From an uncultured Holophagales bacterium (lineage in GTDB: Bacteria; Acidobacteriota; Thermoanaerobaculia; Multivoradales; UBA5704): a stretch of DNA of 64,000 nt. Below are positions 50,033-60,282 of the stretch, one piece after another; positions within the stretch are counted from its first letter, which is position 1, and the number at the start of each line of letters is the position of its first letter. The notes beneath the pieces are model-generated. The model was given only the letters and a program-made list of their open reading frames with translations, had not been told where the DNA came from and did no database searches. A program made the position numbers and the translations under genes. The stretch is taken from NCBI GenBank assembly GCA_963842525.1, contig CAWJGT010000034.1:64001-128000 (forward strand), in the 5' to 3' direction.

Positions 50033-51967
50033 TCAGTTGGTCCCGACCGGCCGGGCCTTGGCCTTGGGGACGGAAACAGGGTCTTCCATGCCGAAGACCC
50101 CCTCGGGCTTCAGGTTGGCGGCCTTGCGGTCCTCCAGGGTGAGGATGCCGGTCTCCATCCAGGCGTGGCGGCCGTCCAGCACCTTGAGCGCGACCTTGTA
50201 CTTGCGCACGTCGTCGTTGCGCCATACGTCGCGGAAGAGCTGCGCCACCTTGCGCCGGGCATTGCGGCAGAAGAGGTCGGCCAACTCGGCGGCGTTCTCC
50301 GCGTCGCGCCTCTGCTCGTCGCGCATGGCCTGGACGCGGGCGATCGAAGCCGCCATCGCGAACATCTCGTTGGCGACGTCCACCAGGCGGAAAAGGAAGG
50401 CCTGCTTGTGCTGGAGCTTGCCCTGGTGGACGAGCATGCCGTGGAAGATCTGCCGCGACAGACGGCGGGTGTTCCGCTCGATGAAGCGCAGATGGGTGGC
50501 CATCTCGCCGAACTCGGAATAGCGCGGCCACTGCCCCCAGCCCAGCCAGCGCGTGGGATACCACGAGGCGTAGAAGGCCGTCATCGGCGGGATCTGGGAG
50601 ATCTTCTCGGCCACGCTCTTCTCGGGGTCGATCATGGCGCCGGCGATCTGGAGGTGCTTGTCCACTGCCTCGCGGGCCATGAACAGATGCATGATCTCGG
50701 TCGACCCTTCGAAGATGCGGTTGATACGGTAGTCACGCATCATCCGCTCGACGCCGATCGGCTCCTCACCGCGCGCCGCGAGCGACCGCTCGGTCTCATA
50801 GCCGCGCCCGCCGCGGATCTGCATGGTGTCGTCGATGATCTGCCAGGTGCGCTCGGAGTTCCACTCCTTGCAGGCCGCCGCCTCCAGGCGGATGTCGTAG
50901 CCGCCGCGGTCGGTCATCTCGGTGGCGAGCTTGGCGATCGACTCCATGGCGAACGTGGTGGCCGTCATGTCGGCGATCTTGTGGGCGATCGCCTCGTGCC
51001 TGCCGACCGGCTTGCCCCACTGCACACGGTCGGCAGCCCACTTGCGGCAGATCTCGATGCACAGCTTGGCCGTGCCCACCGAGCCGTTGGGGATCGACAG
51101 GCGCCCGTCGTTCAAGGTGGTCAAGGCGATCTTCAGGCCCTTGCCCTCCTCGCCGATCAGGTTTTCCGCCGGCACGCGCACGTTCTTGAAGCTGATCACC
51201 GCGTTGGCGAGCGCCCGCAGGCCCATGAAGTGGCAGCGGTGCTCGATCTTGACGCCGGCCCAGTCGGTCTCCACCACGAAGGCGCTGATCTTCTTCGTCT
51301 TGGGGTCGCGCGCCATCACCACCAGGAGCTTGGCGAGCGTGCCGTTGGTGCACCAGAGCTTCTCGCCGTTCAGGATGTAGGCGTCTCCGTCCGGCGTCTT
51401 CTCGGCGCTGGTCTGCAGGCGCGCCGGATCGGAGCCGACCTGCGACTCGGTCAGCGCGAAGGCGGAGATGTCCCCGCGGGCGCAGCGCGCCAGGTATTTC
51501 TGCTTGAGGATGTCGCTGCCGAAGAGCTTCAACGGCTGCGGCACGCCGATCGACTGGTGGGCCGACAGCAGCGCCGACAGGTTGCCGTCGATGCTGCCGA
51601 TCAGCTCCATGACCTTCTGGTACTCGACGTTGGTGAAGCCCAGACCGCCGTACTTCTTGGGGATCTTCATGCCGAAGGCGCCCAGCTTGCGCAGGCCGTC
51701 GACGACGTGCTCGGGGTATTCACCCGTCACGTCGATCTCCACCACGTCGACCTGGTCGCGGAAGAATTCCTTCATCGCATTGTAGAAAGCAGAAAATTCG
51801 GGCCGCTCCTCGTCGGGCAGCGGATACGGATGAATCAGGTCCAGCCGGAAGTTGCCGAGGAACATCTCGCGCAGGAAGCTGGGCTGCTTCCACTCGGTCT
51901 CACGAGAGGCCTCCGCCACCTTCCTCGATTCCTGCTCGCTGACGTTGTGCGAATCCTTGTTCGCCAT
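50033..51967 (-). CDS. Acyl-CoA dehydrogenase (long form)
   Basis: AFALTESQVGSDP, LNGEKLWCTNG, TTLNDGR, MQIRGGRGYE, RIFEGSTEI. Confidence 0.95.
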   Translation of the reverse strand: MANKDSHNVSEQESRKVAEASRETEWKQPSFLREMFLGNFRLDLIHPYPLPDEERPEFSAFYNAMKEFFRDQVDVVEIDVTGEYPEHVVDGLRKLGAFGMKIPKKYGGLGFTNVEYQKVMELIGSIDGNLSALLSAHQSIGVPQPLKLFGSDILKQKYLARCARGDISAFALTESQVGSDPARLQTSAEKTPDGDAYILNGEKLWCTNGTLAKLLVVMARDPKTKKISAFVVETDWAGVKIEHRCHFMGLRALANAVISFKNVRVPAENLIGEEGKGLKIALTTLNDGRLSIPNGSVGTAKLCIEICRKWAADRVQWGKPVGRHEAIAHKIADMTATTFAMESIAKLATEMTDRGGYDIRLEAAACKEWNSERTWQIIDDTMQIRGGRGYETERSLAARGEEPIGVERMMRDYRINRIFEGSTEIMHLFMAREAVDKHLQIAGAMIDPEKSVAEKISQIPPMTAFYASWYPTRWLGWGQWPRYSEFGEMATHLRFIERNTRRLSRQIFHGMLVHQGKLQHKQAFLFRLVDVANEMFAMAASIARVQAMRDEQRRDAENAAELADLFCRNARRKVAQLFRDVWRNDDVRKYKVALKVLDGRHAWMETGILTLEDRKAANLKPEGVFGMEDPVSVPKAKARPVGTN

Positions 51968-52117
51968 GGTCTCTCTTCCCCTTTCGCCTGGGCAGCTTTA
52001 CTGCAATGGGCGTTCCCGACGGGCATTTCTGGCCCTTGCCGCACTGCGACGTCGATTGTACCCCAAAAACGGGTGCAAGGGGAGGGGGATGCCGCGATGC
52101 GGCTGACAGAGGTGCTA

Positions 52118-52954
52118 CTACGCCGGCTGCAGAAACGCGATCAGTGCGCCCGTCGGGTCGGCGGTGACCGTGAACCGGCCGACGTTGGGGATATCCGACG
52201 GCTCGCGCCAGACCTTGCCGCCGAGCTTCGGGATGCGGGCGGCGATCGCGTCGACGTCCTCGACCGCGACATAGGGGAGCCAGACCGACCGTTCCTCAAC
52301 TCCTCCAGGCTTCGGCAGCATGCCGCCGGCATCGACGCCCCGGTCCTTCCGGCGGAAGATGAAATAGGTGCCCGGCATGGGGACCGGCAGCTCCGCCAGG
52401 GTCCAGTCGAAGACTTCGGCGAAGAACGGCCCCTCCGTGGCGGAATCTGCGGCGAGCAGCTCGTGCCAGCAGAACATGCCGGGCCGCGCAGGCCCTGTGT
52501 AGCCCTCCCCTTGTGGGGTGAGCGGACGATATGGGGAGATGGCAGCGCCGTTCGAATCGACGATCACCGCAAAACGGCCATGGCCGGGGATGTCCGTCCC
52601 CGGCACCGGCGCCTGGCCGCCGAGCTCGACCGCCCGCGCCACCGCGGCGTCGACGTCCTCCACCGTCACATAGGAAATCCAGTGGGAAGGATGGCCATCG
52701 GCCGGATCGAGGGGGGCGAACCCGCCCTGATCCTCGCCGGCGACCTGGATCATCCGGTACGTCCAGTCCCCCGTCTGGACCTCCCGATAGGTCCAGCCGA
52801 GGAGGTCCGCGTAGTAGGCCAGGGCCTTGTCGACGTCGGTCGTCATCAGGTCGTGCCAGACAAACTTGCCCAGCGGCAAATCCGGGGTCGAGCCGGCCTG
52901 GACGTCGGACACTGCATCGGTGATCTGGCTGTTGACGGCGGTGGGATCGGCCAT
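52118..52954 (-). CDS. Two-domain VOC/glyoxalase family protein with RebB-like N-terminal extension
   Basis: GKFVWHDLMTTD..YY..LGW, WISYVTVEDVD, PGHGRFAVIVD; second repeat FCWHEL; GAGAGGAG RBS before MADPTAVNSQITDAV. Confidence 0.9.
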   Translation of the reverse strand: MADPTAVNSQITDAVSDVQAGSTPDLPLGKFVWHDLMTTDVDKALAYYADLLGWTYREVQTGDWTYRMIQVAGEDQGGFAPLDPADGHPSHWISYVTVEDVDAAVARAVELGGQAPVPGTDIPGHGRFAVIVDSNGAAISPYRPLTPQGEGYTGPARPGMFCWHELLAADSATEGPFFAEVFDWTLAELPVPMPGTYFIFRRKDRGVDAGGMLPKPGGVEERSVWLPYVAVEDVDAIAARIPKLGGKVWREPSDIPNVGRFTVTADPTGALIAFLQPA

Positions 52955-53030
52955 GGGACTCCTCTCTTGCAGTAGTTCGGGCGAAGGATGATATCCCAGC
53001 CGAGCCGCGGTTGAGATAACCTCTCCCCCA

Positions 53031-53609
53031 ATGGACCGCCGCCGCGTGCGTGTGAACCTCTTCAGCCTGCTGGGGCTGCTGGCCCTCGGGGCTCTCGTGT
53101 GGATCACGCCTGAGACCCGGGAGATGGCGGAACGGATCCGCCAGCACTTCCTGATCCGCTTCCAGAAAGCCGAGCCGGTCGAACGCCAGGAGAGCACGCC
53201 CGAAGAGACGCCGGAGGAGGTCAAGGAGGAGCCCGCCGAGGAGCAGGCTCCGCCTCCGCACGTGGAAAAGAATGACGCCGGCGAATACGTCCCCGAGCCG
53301 GGCTATACCTGGGTGAGCCCCGAGCCCGGCAATTTCGAGGTCCGGTGGTGCCCCGGATGCCGTCACCGCGACAGTCCGAACCTCTTCGCCAGCGCCGAGG
53401 AGGGGCAATGGCATCCAGGTCCGGGGTACGACTGGGCCGATCCCGAGCACGACCTGAGCCTCGTCTGGAAGCCGGGGCTGCGGCATCCCCAGCACGAGCA
53501 CGTGCTCGCGGCCGAAGAAGAGGCCCAGTGGGTCCCGGAGGCGGGCTACCACTGGGCCGACAAGGACGATCCGGACGACTTCCGGGTCCTCCCCGGTCCG
53601 CCGGAGTGA
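53031..53609 (+). CDS. Membrane-anchored protein with W/P/G-rich repeats
   Basis: N-terminal TM; repeats YVPEPGYTW / WHPGPGYDW / WVPEAGYHW and WCPGCRH / WKPGLRH. Confidence 0.75.
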   Translation: MDRRRVRVNLFSLLGLLALGALVWITPETREMAERIRQHFLIRFQKAEPVERQESTPEETPEEVKEEPAEEQAPPPHVEKNDAGEYVPEPGYTWVSPEPGNFEVRWCPGCRHRDSPNLFASAEEGQWHPGPGYDWADPEHDLSLVWKPGLRHPQHEHVLAAEEEAQWVPEAGYHWADKDDPDDFRVLPGPPE

Positions 53610-53611
53610 GG

Positions 53612-53805
53612 CCTCACCCCCTGTCCCCCTCTCCCATCTCCCTCCCTTCCCCCGGGAGAGGGGGAACGTCGCTGAGGCGGTATCCGCGAGTCCCTGACAA
53701 CCTATCTGTGGAAAGCTCGCCTCGACCTCGCCTCGAATGCTCCGCCTGCGTCCCCCCTCTCCCGGTCGGGGGGAGGGAGATGGGAGAGGGGGACAGGGGG
53801 TGAGG
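53612..53805. repeat. Type B REP inverted pair
   Basis: CCTCACCCCCTGTCCCCCTCTCCCATCTCCCTCCC..GGGAGGGAGATGGGAGAGGGGGACAGGGGGTGAGG. Confidence 0.88.
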
Positions 53806-53860
53806 CTCGCACAACCGTCCGAGCTTCTGCATAGGCCCGTCTTCATGTAGACTTTCCCTC

Positions 53861-54319
53861 ATGATCGACGACGAGATCCGGCGTTGTGCGAAGCTGTTGG
53901 AGTCCCTGGTGCGCATGGGAGGCATGTCGGCGCGCCAGCTCGAAGAGAGGCTGGGCTATGGCGCAGGCACGGTCCACCGCCTGTTCAACGGCCGCATCGA
54001 GCTGAAGCTCCGGCACGTCCTCCTCATCCTGGAGGTGGTCGGCATACCGCCCTCCCAGTTCTTCCGCGAGGTGTTTCCCGAGGACGAACGCCCCCGCGGC
54101 GAGCCCGAGACCGCGGCGCGGCTGCTCGACCTGCTGGAGAAGTACGTGCCGAAGCGGCCCGAGCCGGCGAAGGCGGCAGCGCCGGCGCTCAGCGAGGACG
54201 ATCTCGACAACCGCATCATCGCCATCCTGGACCGCCTCGGGCTCGTGCCACCGGCCGAGAACGAGCCAAAGCCTCCCCCGCCCCCGGGCCGGCGGCCTCG
54301 GCGCAAGATCAGTCGGTGA
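53861..54319 (+). CDS. XRE-family HTH protein
   Basis: MSARQLEERLGYGAGTVHRLFNGRIELKLRHVLLIL..FF; TAGACT 7 nt before ATG. Confidence 0.85.
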   Translation: MIDDEIRRCAKLLESLVRMGGMSARQLEERLGYGAGTVHRLFNGRIELKLRHVLLILEVVGIPPSQFFREVFPEDERPRGEPETAARLLDLLEKYVPKRPEPAKAAAPALSEDDLDNRIIAILDRLGLVPPAENEPKPPPPPGRRPRRKISR

Positions 54320-54995
54320 AGCGGAGATCAAGCTCCTTGGAGTAGAGCTGGTCGAGCGGCAGATAGACCCTTCTCGTCCCGCTTTCGACGGCCAGGGAGT
54401 GGCTGCCCGGCTGGAAGAAATCGTCCCCGGGAAGCCAGGGCAGCTCGATGTGGAAACGACCCTCCGGGTCCGTCTCCACGCTGCCCAGCTCGAGGACCAT
54501 GACCATGCCGTCGATGTAGCCGAAGAAGCCCATCCCCTCGCCAAGGGTGTAGCGGATCCTCAGCATCCTGCCGGCGAGCGGCTTGCCGTCCGGCCCGGTC
54601 GCCCGTCCGGACACGGAGGCCCGCGGCAGCGGCTCGAACCGGGGAGCCCAGCGGGTCGGCGCTTCGACATCCTGCCACGCCATCTCGAGCGTCGCGATCT
54701 TGAAGCCCGGGACATACGCGAGCACCTTGACGGATGTGGGCTCGCCGAAATCGCTGCTCAAGGAACAACGAGGATCGAAGCGGACCACAAAGGCTTTGCC
54801 GCTGGGCTCCGGCGTCAACTGGTCGATGCAGAGTCCCTTGCCGTAGAAGCCCTGCTCCACGACCGTCCCTTCACCAGCCTCCGGCGGAACCGTCACCTCG
54901 ATCCGGCGCTCGGACATCCCGACGCCGGCCGAGGCAAAGGTCGCAAGGATCGAGATCGCGGCAGCGAGGACCCAGAGGCGGTGCGAAGTGGACAT
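54309..54995 (-). CDS. Secreted protein with carboxypeptidase-regulatory-like domain
   Basis: Signal peptide; VSGRATGPDGKPLAG..TDPEGRFHIEL; TATAAT 6 nt before ATG. Confidence 0.75.
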   Translation of the reverse strand: MSTSHRLWVLAAAISILATFASAGVGMSERRIEVTVPPEAGEGTVVEQGFYGKGLCIDQLTPEPSGKAFVVRFDPRCSLSSDFGEPTSVKVLAYVPGFKIATLEMAWQDVEAPTRWAPRFEPLPRASVSGRATGPDGKPLAGRMLRIRYTLGEGMGFFGYIDGMVMVLELGSVETDPEGRFHIELPWLPGDDFFQPGSHSLAVESGTRRVYLPLDQLYSKELDLRFTD

Positions 54996-55041
54996 GACCC
55001 TATTATAAGGGAACGTGCGCTGGGCCAGTGTCCCGAGTCCT

Positions 55042-55208
55042 TACCCCCTGTCCCCCTCTCCCATCTCCCTTCCACCCCCCGCCGGGAGAGGGGGGACGCA
55101 TCCGGAGCCGTTCCGCGAGCTCGCCACAGAGGCTTCAACAACGTCCCCCCTCTCCCGGGGATAGGGTGGGTGGGAGATCGGAGAGGGGGACAGGGGGCGG
55201 GGGTGAGG
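55042..55208. repeat. Type B REP inverted pair
   Basis: CCCCCTGTCCCCCTCTCCCATC..GGAGAGGGGGACAGGGG..GGGGTGAGG. Confidence 0.85.
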
Positions 55209-55221
55209 ACTCCCGCCACCA

Positions 55222-58200
55222 CTACGGCGCAGCCGGCGTCTCCGTTTCCTGACCGGATTCCGCCGATTCCATTCCCCCGCCATCCATCCCCGCCATCAAA
55301 TCGAGAACCCCCTGGGCGCCCTCCTCGCCGACGTGCTCTTGCAAAAGCTCGGCAAACCGCTCCTCACCCAACAGCTCCCGCTGGCGGCGCAGCCAGTGGA
55401 GATCGATCCGCACCTCTGGTACACGCAGCTCCAAGCGGATGGCCAAGCTCCGGAGATTCAGCGGAAGCGCCTCCTCCGGGCGCCCCTGCGTCGTTGCGAG
55501 CACGCCCAGTTGGCTAATCGTGCTCGCCATGCCCGACCGGTTGCCCAGCTCTTCGGAAATCTGGAGCGATCTCTTGTACCACTCCAGCGCCTGGTCGGAG
55601 TCGCCGCGATCCTGGGCCATCCTCCCGAGCTGACCATACGTCGCCATGCCCGCCCGGTTGCCCAGCTCTTCGTTGATCTGGAGCGATCTCTTGTACCACT
55701 CCAGCGCCTGGTCGGAGTCGCCGCGATCCTTGGCCACCATCCCGAGCTGATGGTACGTGCTCGCCATGCCCGACCGGTTGCCCAGCTCTTCTTTGATCTG
55801 GAGCGATCTCTTGTACCACTCCAGCGCCTGGTCGTAGTCGCCACGCTTCTGGGCCACGATCCCGAGTCCATGCAGGAAAACGGCCGCTTTGGCGGAGCGT
55901 TCCGGCAGCCACGTCAGGACTTCCCGGCAGAGCTGCTCCTCGCGGCGGTAAGCTCCCCAGGTATCAAGCTGTGAGCAGATCCCTTCGGTCACCTCAACCG
56001 CTCCGTCGATGTCACCAGCCTCGCGGTAGTGTTGCCGAGCTTCGAGAAGCTGCGCAATGTCGTCCTGCCGGCTTTGGGGGACCCGTTTGACCCGCCAGCG
56101 CCAGTGGCGGGCCGCACGCTCATGGGCCTGCCGAACCGCATTGGCCGGGCTCCGTCCGAGCACTGCCGAGGCCGTCCAGCGATGACCTGCGAAGCGGGCA
56201 TCATCAGCTGAGTCGCTCCATTGCACCGGCACCAACAAGCCGAGGGTTCCCAGGAGCGCCAAAGCCTCTCCAAGGCCCTCCGGAACATTGAGTGGAAGCC
56301 GGTCCCCCGTGTCCTCGATCTCCTCCGCCACCTGCCAGGCGAGACCAACGAGATCGATGGGGACCCGGTAAACAGAAGCGCCCAGCAAAAGCTCCTTGGC
56401 AATGGGCACGCCCTCCAGCTTCTCAAGCAGGCGATCCAGGAGCACGTCGTCCACGGCGAGCGTCACCGCCTCGGCCAGAGCGCGATCGAGATCACCCTTT
56501 GCTCGGCGCAACCAAACATCGGGCTTCTGGATACCCTTCCTCTCCAAAGCCGACTCCATCCGCTCGGCGACATCGTCGAAGCGGGCTTCACCGCCCCGGA
56601 GCAGGGCGTCCAGGTATTCGAGTGCTCGCGGGTGGCCGCCGACATCGGTGTAGGCGCGGAGCTGGCCGTCGCGGTCCAGAGCGTCCAGGCCCGGCAGGCG
56701 CCACATCAGCTTGCGGGTCTCGGCGAAGGAGAGCGGGCCGAGATGAAGGTCCTTCAGGCGCTCGTCGGCGTCGCGAGGAAGCTCGAAGGGCGGGCGGCTT
56801 GTAACGAGGAACCGGCTGCGGCCGGGGTTGCGCATCCAGTGGGCGAGCAGGTCGGCGAGGTCTTCATTCTTCAGCCCCGGCCCGAGCCCTCCGTCGGCGA
56901 GGTTGTCCTCGAAGTTGTCGAGCAGGACGACGAGCGGCCGGTCTCCCAGCAGGATGCGGGAGAGCAGCTCGAAGCGCTGCTCCCAATCCAGGTCCGGACG
57001 GCCCAGGGCGACGGCGAGCTGGCGCCGCGGATCCCCTTCGTTCATCCCCTCGCGTTGGAAGGCGGCGAGGTAACAGTGGCCCACCTCGGCCAAGAGGTCG
57101 TCCGGTGCGATCTCGCCGTGCAGCGAGGCGACGAGCCAGCCTTCTTCCAGAAGCTTGCGGAGGGTCTCGGCCGCGAGGGTGCTCTTGCCGACGCCGCCGA
57201 GGCCGCGCAGGAGGACGCCGGCCTTCTGCGATGTCTGGAGCGTGTGGAGGATCTGCCGCTTCTCCCGGCGGCGGCCGACAAATTCGCCGACCCGGCGGAC
57301 GACGATGCCTTCCGCGAAGCGAGGCTCGGGGGGCGGCTGGATCTCCTTGAACGGGACGTCAAGGTCGAAGAGCGGCAACGAGGGGCCGCGCAGATAGAGC
57401 GACGGTGTTGCCCACTCGGCGAGATCGACAGGACCGGCGAGCTTGCCGGCCTGGCGGTCGGTCTCGACCGAGCGGCGGGCCTGGACGAGGGCGGCGAGGG
57501 GGTCAGGGCGTTCAGCGATGGCGAGGGTGCGGTAGAAGCGGGCGCCCAGCTCGGTGGCGTAGGGATCGCTGACCGGCGCCTGCATGGCCACGACGGCCGG
57601 GACGCCGCGGGCGAGCAGATCGCGAGCCAGGCCGGGGAGGGCCGACTCGCCTTGGGCCCTCTCCCCCGGCCCCTCTCCCGCAATCGGGAGAGGGGAGCTC
57701 AAGGCCGTGGCGCATCCGGCGAGGACCACCACGGGGACGCTGCGGCCGGGCACCAGGGCCTCGTCGCAAAAGCGGTCGGCCTTGACCTCATCCTTGCCGC
57801 CCTCCTCCGTCTCAAGCACCAGCGTTCCAGGCCCGGCGTGGCAGGTGATGTGGAGGACGTGGTAGCGCTCCCCTTCGAGCGCCTCCCGGATGGCCTGGAC
57901 CGTGCCCCGCTCGAGCACGCGGACATGGGCGGGCCGTTCCTGCCGGCGGGCGGGCTCGACGGCGTCGAGGATGCGCGACAGCTCCCGTTCCATGTCGAGC
58001 AGCTCGCCGCGCTCGTTCTGCTCCTCGGGGCTGCCGATCGCCACCAGGATGCGCAGCGGCCCGGGGATGCTCAGGGCGGGCGTAGGGCCGAGGTTGGACA
58101 CCGAGCGGAAGAGGCGGACGTTCGGATGGAGCGCCACCGGCTCGCCCGGCAGGCCGCCGGGGCCGGGCAGGCGGAGGGTCTCCCACGGTAGGCCCGCAAG

Positions 58201-59033
58201 ATCGTCCTCGGGCTCCAAGGCCAGCTCGAACGGCGCACCCAGCCGCTCAGCCTCGGCGAGGACGCGGCCAAGGGCCTCCCCCGCCGCTCCATCCAGCAGC
58301 TCCACCCCGAGCGCGGCTCCCACTTCCAGAAGAAGCGCGTGCTGCCTCGATTCCTGGCTCGCGGCCCCGGCGCTCCCGGCGGCACGGTAGAGCCCGGCCT
58401 CCTCGGGAAGGTGCCCATGACGGAGGCGTTCCAGGTCGAAGAGAAGCTGGTGCTGCGTCCGGAAGCTGAGACCCTTCGGCTGATGGTCGGCCTCGACCAC
58501 GTCCTTATTTAGAAGGGCGACCTTGTCCCGGCCGATCCGCAGCCGGCGGGAGATCACCCCCTCGGCTCGAAAGGCGGTATCCGGCCGCGGCAGCAACTCG
58601 CCCGTGCGGGGCGGCGGGGCGGGTCTTTCGCCCTTGAGAAGGGCGACGAGCTTGCGGACAGCCTTCTCGTACTCCGGCCCGTCGGCGCTACGGAGGTCCA
58701 CCCAGACCCGGCTCGCCAGGAGCGGCGGCATGTCGGCATCGGCGAGGAGGACAGGGATCAGCCGCAGCTTTCCCTCCACCGCCCGGGTCATCATCGCCGC
58801 GTACTCCTCCTGCACCCAGGGGCGGGAGAGAGCCGTGGGCGTGCCGCCAGGATGCCGTTGAGGCTGTTCAGGAGGCCCCGGTCGAGCTGATGGACCAGGA
58901 CGTCCCCCGGAGCGATCTCCCACTCGTCGTAGAAGACCTCCAATCCGGCATTGTGGAGATTCTCGGCCAGGCGGTGGACGTGCGCCGCGTCGGCGTGGGC
59001 ATAGGAGATGAAGACATCGTAGCGATCGGCCAC
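55222..59033 (-). CDS. TIR-CHAT(caspase-like)-STAND NTPase-TPR protein (frameshift near 58845)
   Basis: YDVFISYAHAD..VFYDEWEI..PWVQEEY (TIR); LPWETL, VLHITCHAG, VVLAGCAT, VVAMQ (CHAT); FVGRRRE, GLGGVGKS, LLDNFED, GGHPRAL (STAND); C-terminal TPRs. Confidence 0.9.
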
Positions 59034-59089
59034 GGGACCTCCACAGGGATGACCCGTATTTTCGCATGTTTCTGGGACGAGCAGTTTCT

Positions 59090-59199
59090 CCCTGGGACCG
59101 CGGGCGTCTCGCCCGCCCTCTCCTCACGCTCGGGCCGGCGTCGGGCTGTCGGCAACGCCGCGGTCGATGAAGTCTGTGCGGGCGAGACGCCCGCGGTCC
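59090..59199. repeat. Type A REP palindrome, right arm split by the intron (last 5 nt CAGGG at 62108-62112)
   Basis: CCCTGGGACCGCGGGCGTCTCGCCCGC..GCGGGCGAGACGCCCGCGGTCC|. Confidence 0.85.
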
Positions 59200-59626
59200 G
59201 TGCGCCCACAAGCGCACTTGTCCAGAGAGGTGAAAGTCCTCTTCAGGCATACGTTCTCCGGCCTGTAACTGAAGGTAACTGCGTCGCCGTGAGGCGGGGT
59301 GGGGAGCAACTGGAGGTGAGAGACCAGTCCGTAGGATGACGAACTCGATTCGGCCGTGCGCATCGGCGAGCCAGCGGACTAATGGTGAAGCCCAGACCCG
59401 CAAGGGAAGCCCATCGAGCCGAGGGGTAGTGTAGACGCCCGCCTTATTTCGTGACCGCCGCCTGAGTTTTTCCCAGTTTTCAGCGTGGTCAGGTAGATTC
59501 GTCGGCGCAGGAGTGCGGGACGATTTTGCCTGTGGAGAGGTCGGGCAAGGCAAGCGAAGCCCGCCGGGCTCTCCTTGTGTCTTTTGGCGGACCGGGGATG
59601 ACCCGACGGGCTTCCGAGAGGAGGCC

Positions 59627-60190
59627 ATGTTAAGTCTGAAGGGCGTGGGCTGCAAGCAGTATCGAGAGCAGATGGACGGCGGGGCGGTTCCCGAGCTGAG
59701 CTGCCCGGATCCGGATTGTCAGAGGACCCGTCTGCGGGGCCACGGCTCCTACAAGCGCTTCCTCGCAGGAGTGCTTCAGGCCTTGCGGCGGGTGCGGTGC
59801 CCGCGTTGCAGGGTCAGCCATGCGGTGTTGCCGGAGGACGTGTGCGCCTATCGCGATTTGACCTTGGCGGCCGTGGAGGCGGGTCTGGCTGCGGGGAGTC
59901 CGAGCGAAGGCGCCGAGGTTTCAGGGCAGTGCGGCAGTTCGGGGGTGCGGCGGGTGCGGGGTTGGCTGCGCAGCGCGCACGAGCCCTTTGCCGCCAAGCT
60001 GCAGGCGCTGCTGGGGCCAGTGCCGGCTCCGTGGTGGCGGGGGGCGCAGGAGGTGGTGGGCCAGGCGGCGGGTTGGTTGACGCGGCTGCGGCACTTTCTG
60101 TGGTCGTCCTGGGGCTGCTTTTTCGGCGGAGTGAGCGGACTGTTCCGCCACGGCCGGCCGTCCTGGCGGTCAGGGGAGGCCTCTCCATAG
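59627..60190 (+). CDS. Zn-ribbon transposon accessory protein (DUF6431-like)
   Basis: CPDPDC..L.GHGSY.R..RVRCPRCRVSHAVLP; GAGGAGG RBS. Confidence 0.75.
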   Translation: MLSLKGVGCKQYREQMDGGAVPELSCPDPDCQRTRLRGHGSYKRFLAGVLQALRRVRCPRCRVSHAVLPEDVCAYRDLTLAAVEAGLAAGSPSEGAEVSGQCGSSGVRRVRGWLRSAHEPFAAKLQALLGPVPAPWWRGAQEVVGQAAGWLTRLRHFLWSSWGCFFGGVSGLFRHGRPSWRSGEASP

Positions 60191-60282
60191 GTTGGTAACT
60201 ACCCATCGCAGGGTTCTGCCACGAAGCTACTGGCGGGGGGCTGTGGGATGGTCCCAGAGCCCGATTGCGGAGACTTCGTGCG

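Noticed and set aside
49247-52975. Long antisense ORFs (also 932..2494, 5076..7436, 22457..25516)
   Set aside because: Shadow ORFs opposite well-supported genes, expected at high GC; no recognisable motifs
59034-59655. N-terminal ~200 aa of the 1477-aa ORF 55222..59655
   Set aside because: Antisense translation of intron and REP DNA; the true start is the TIR GTG at 59033 in another frame
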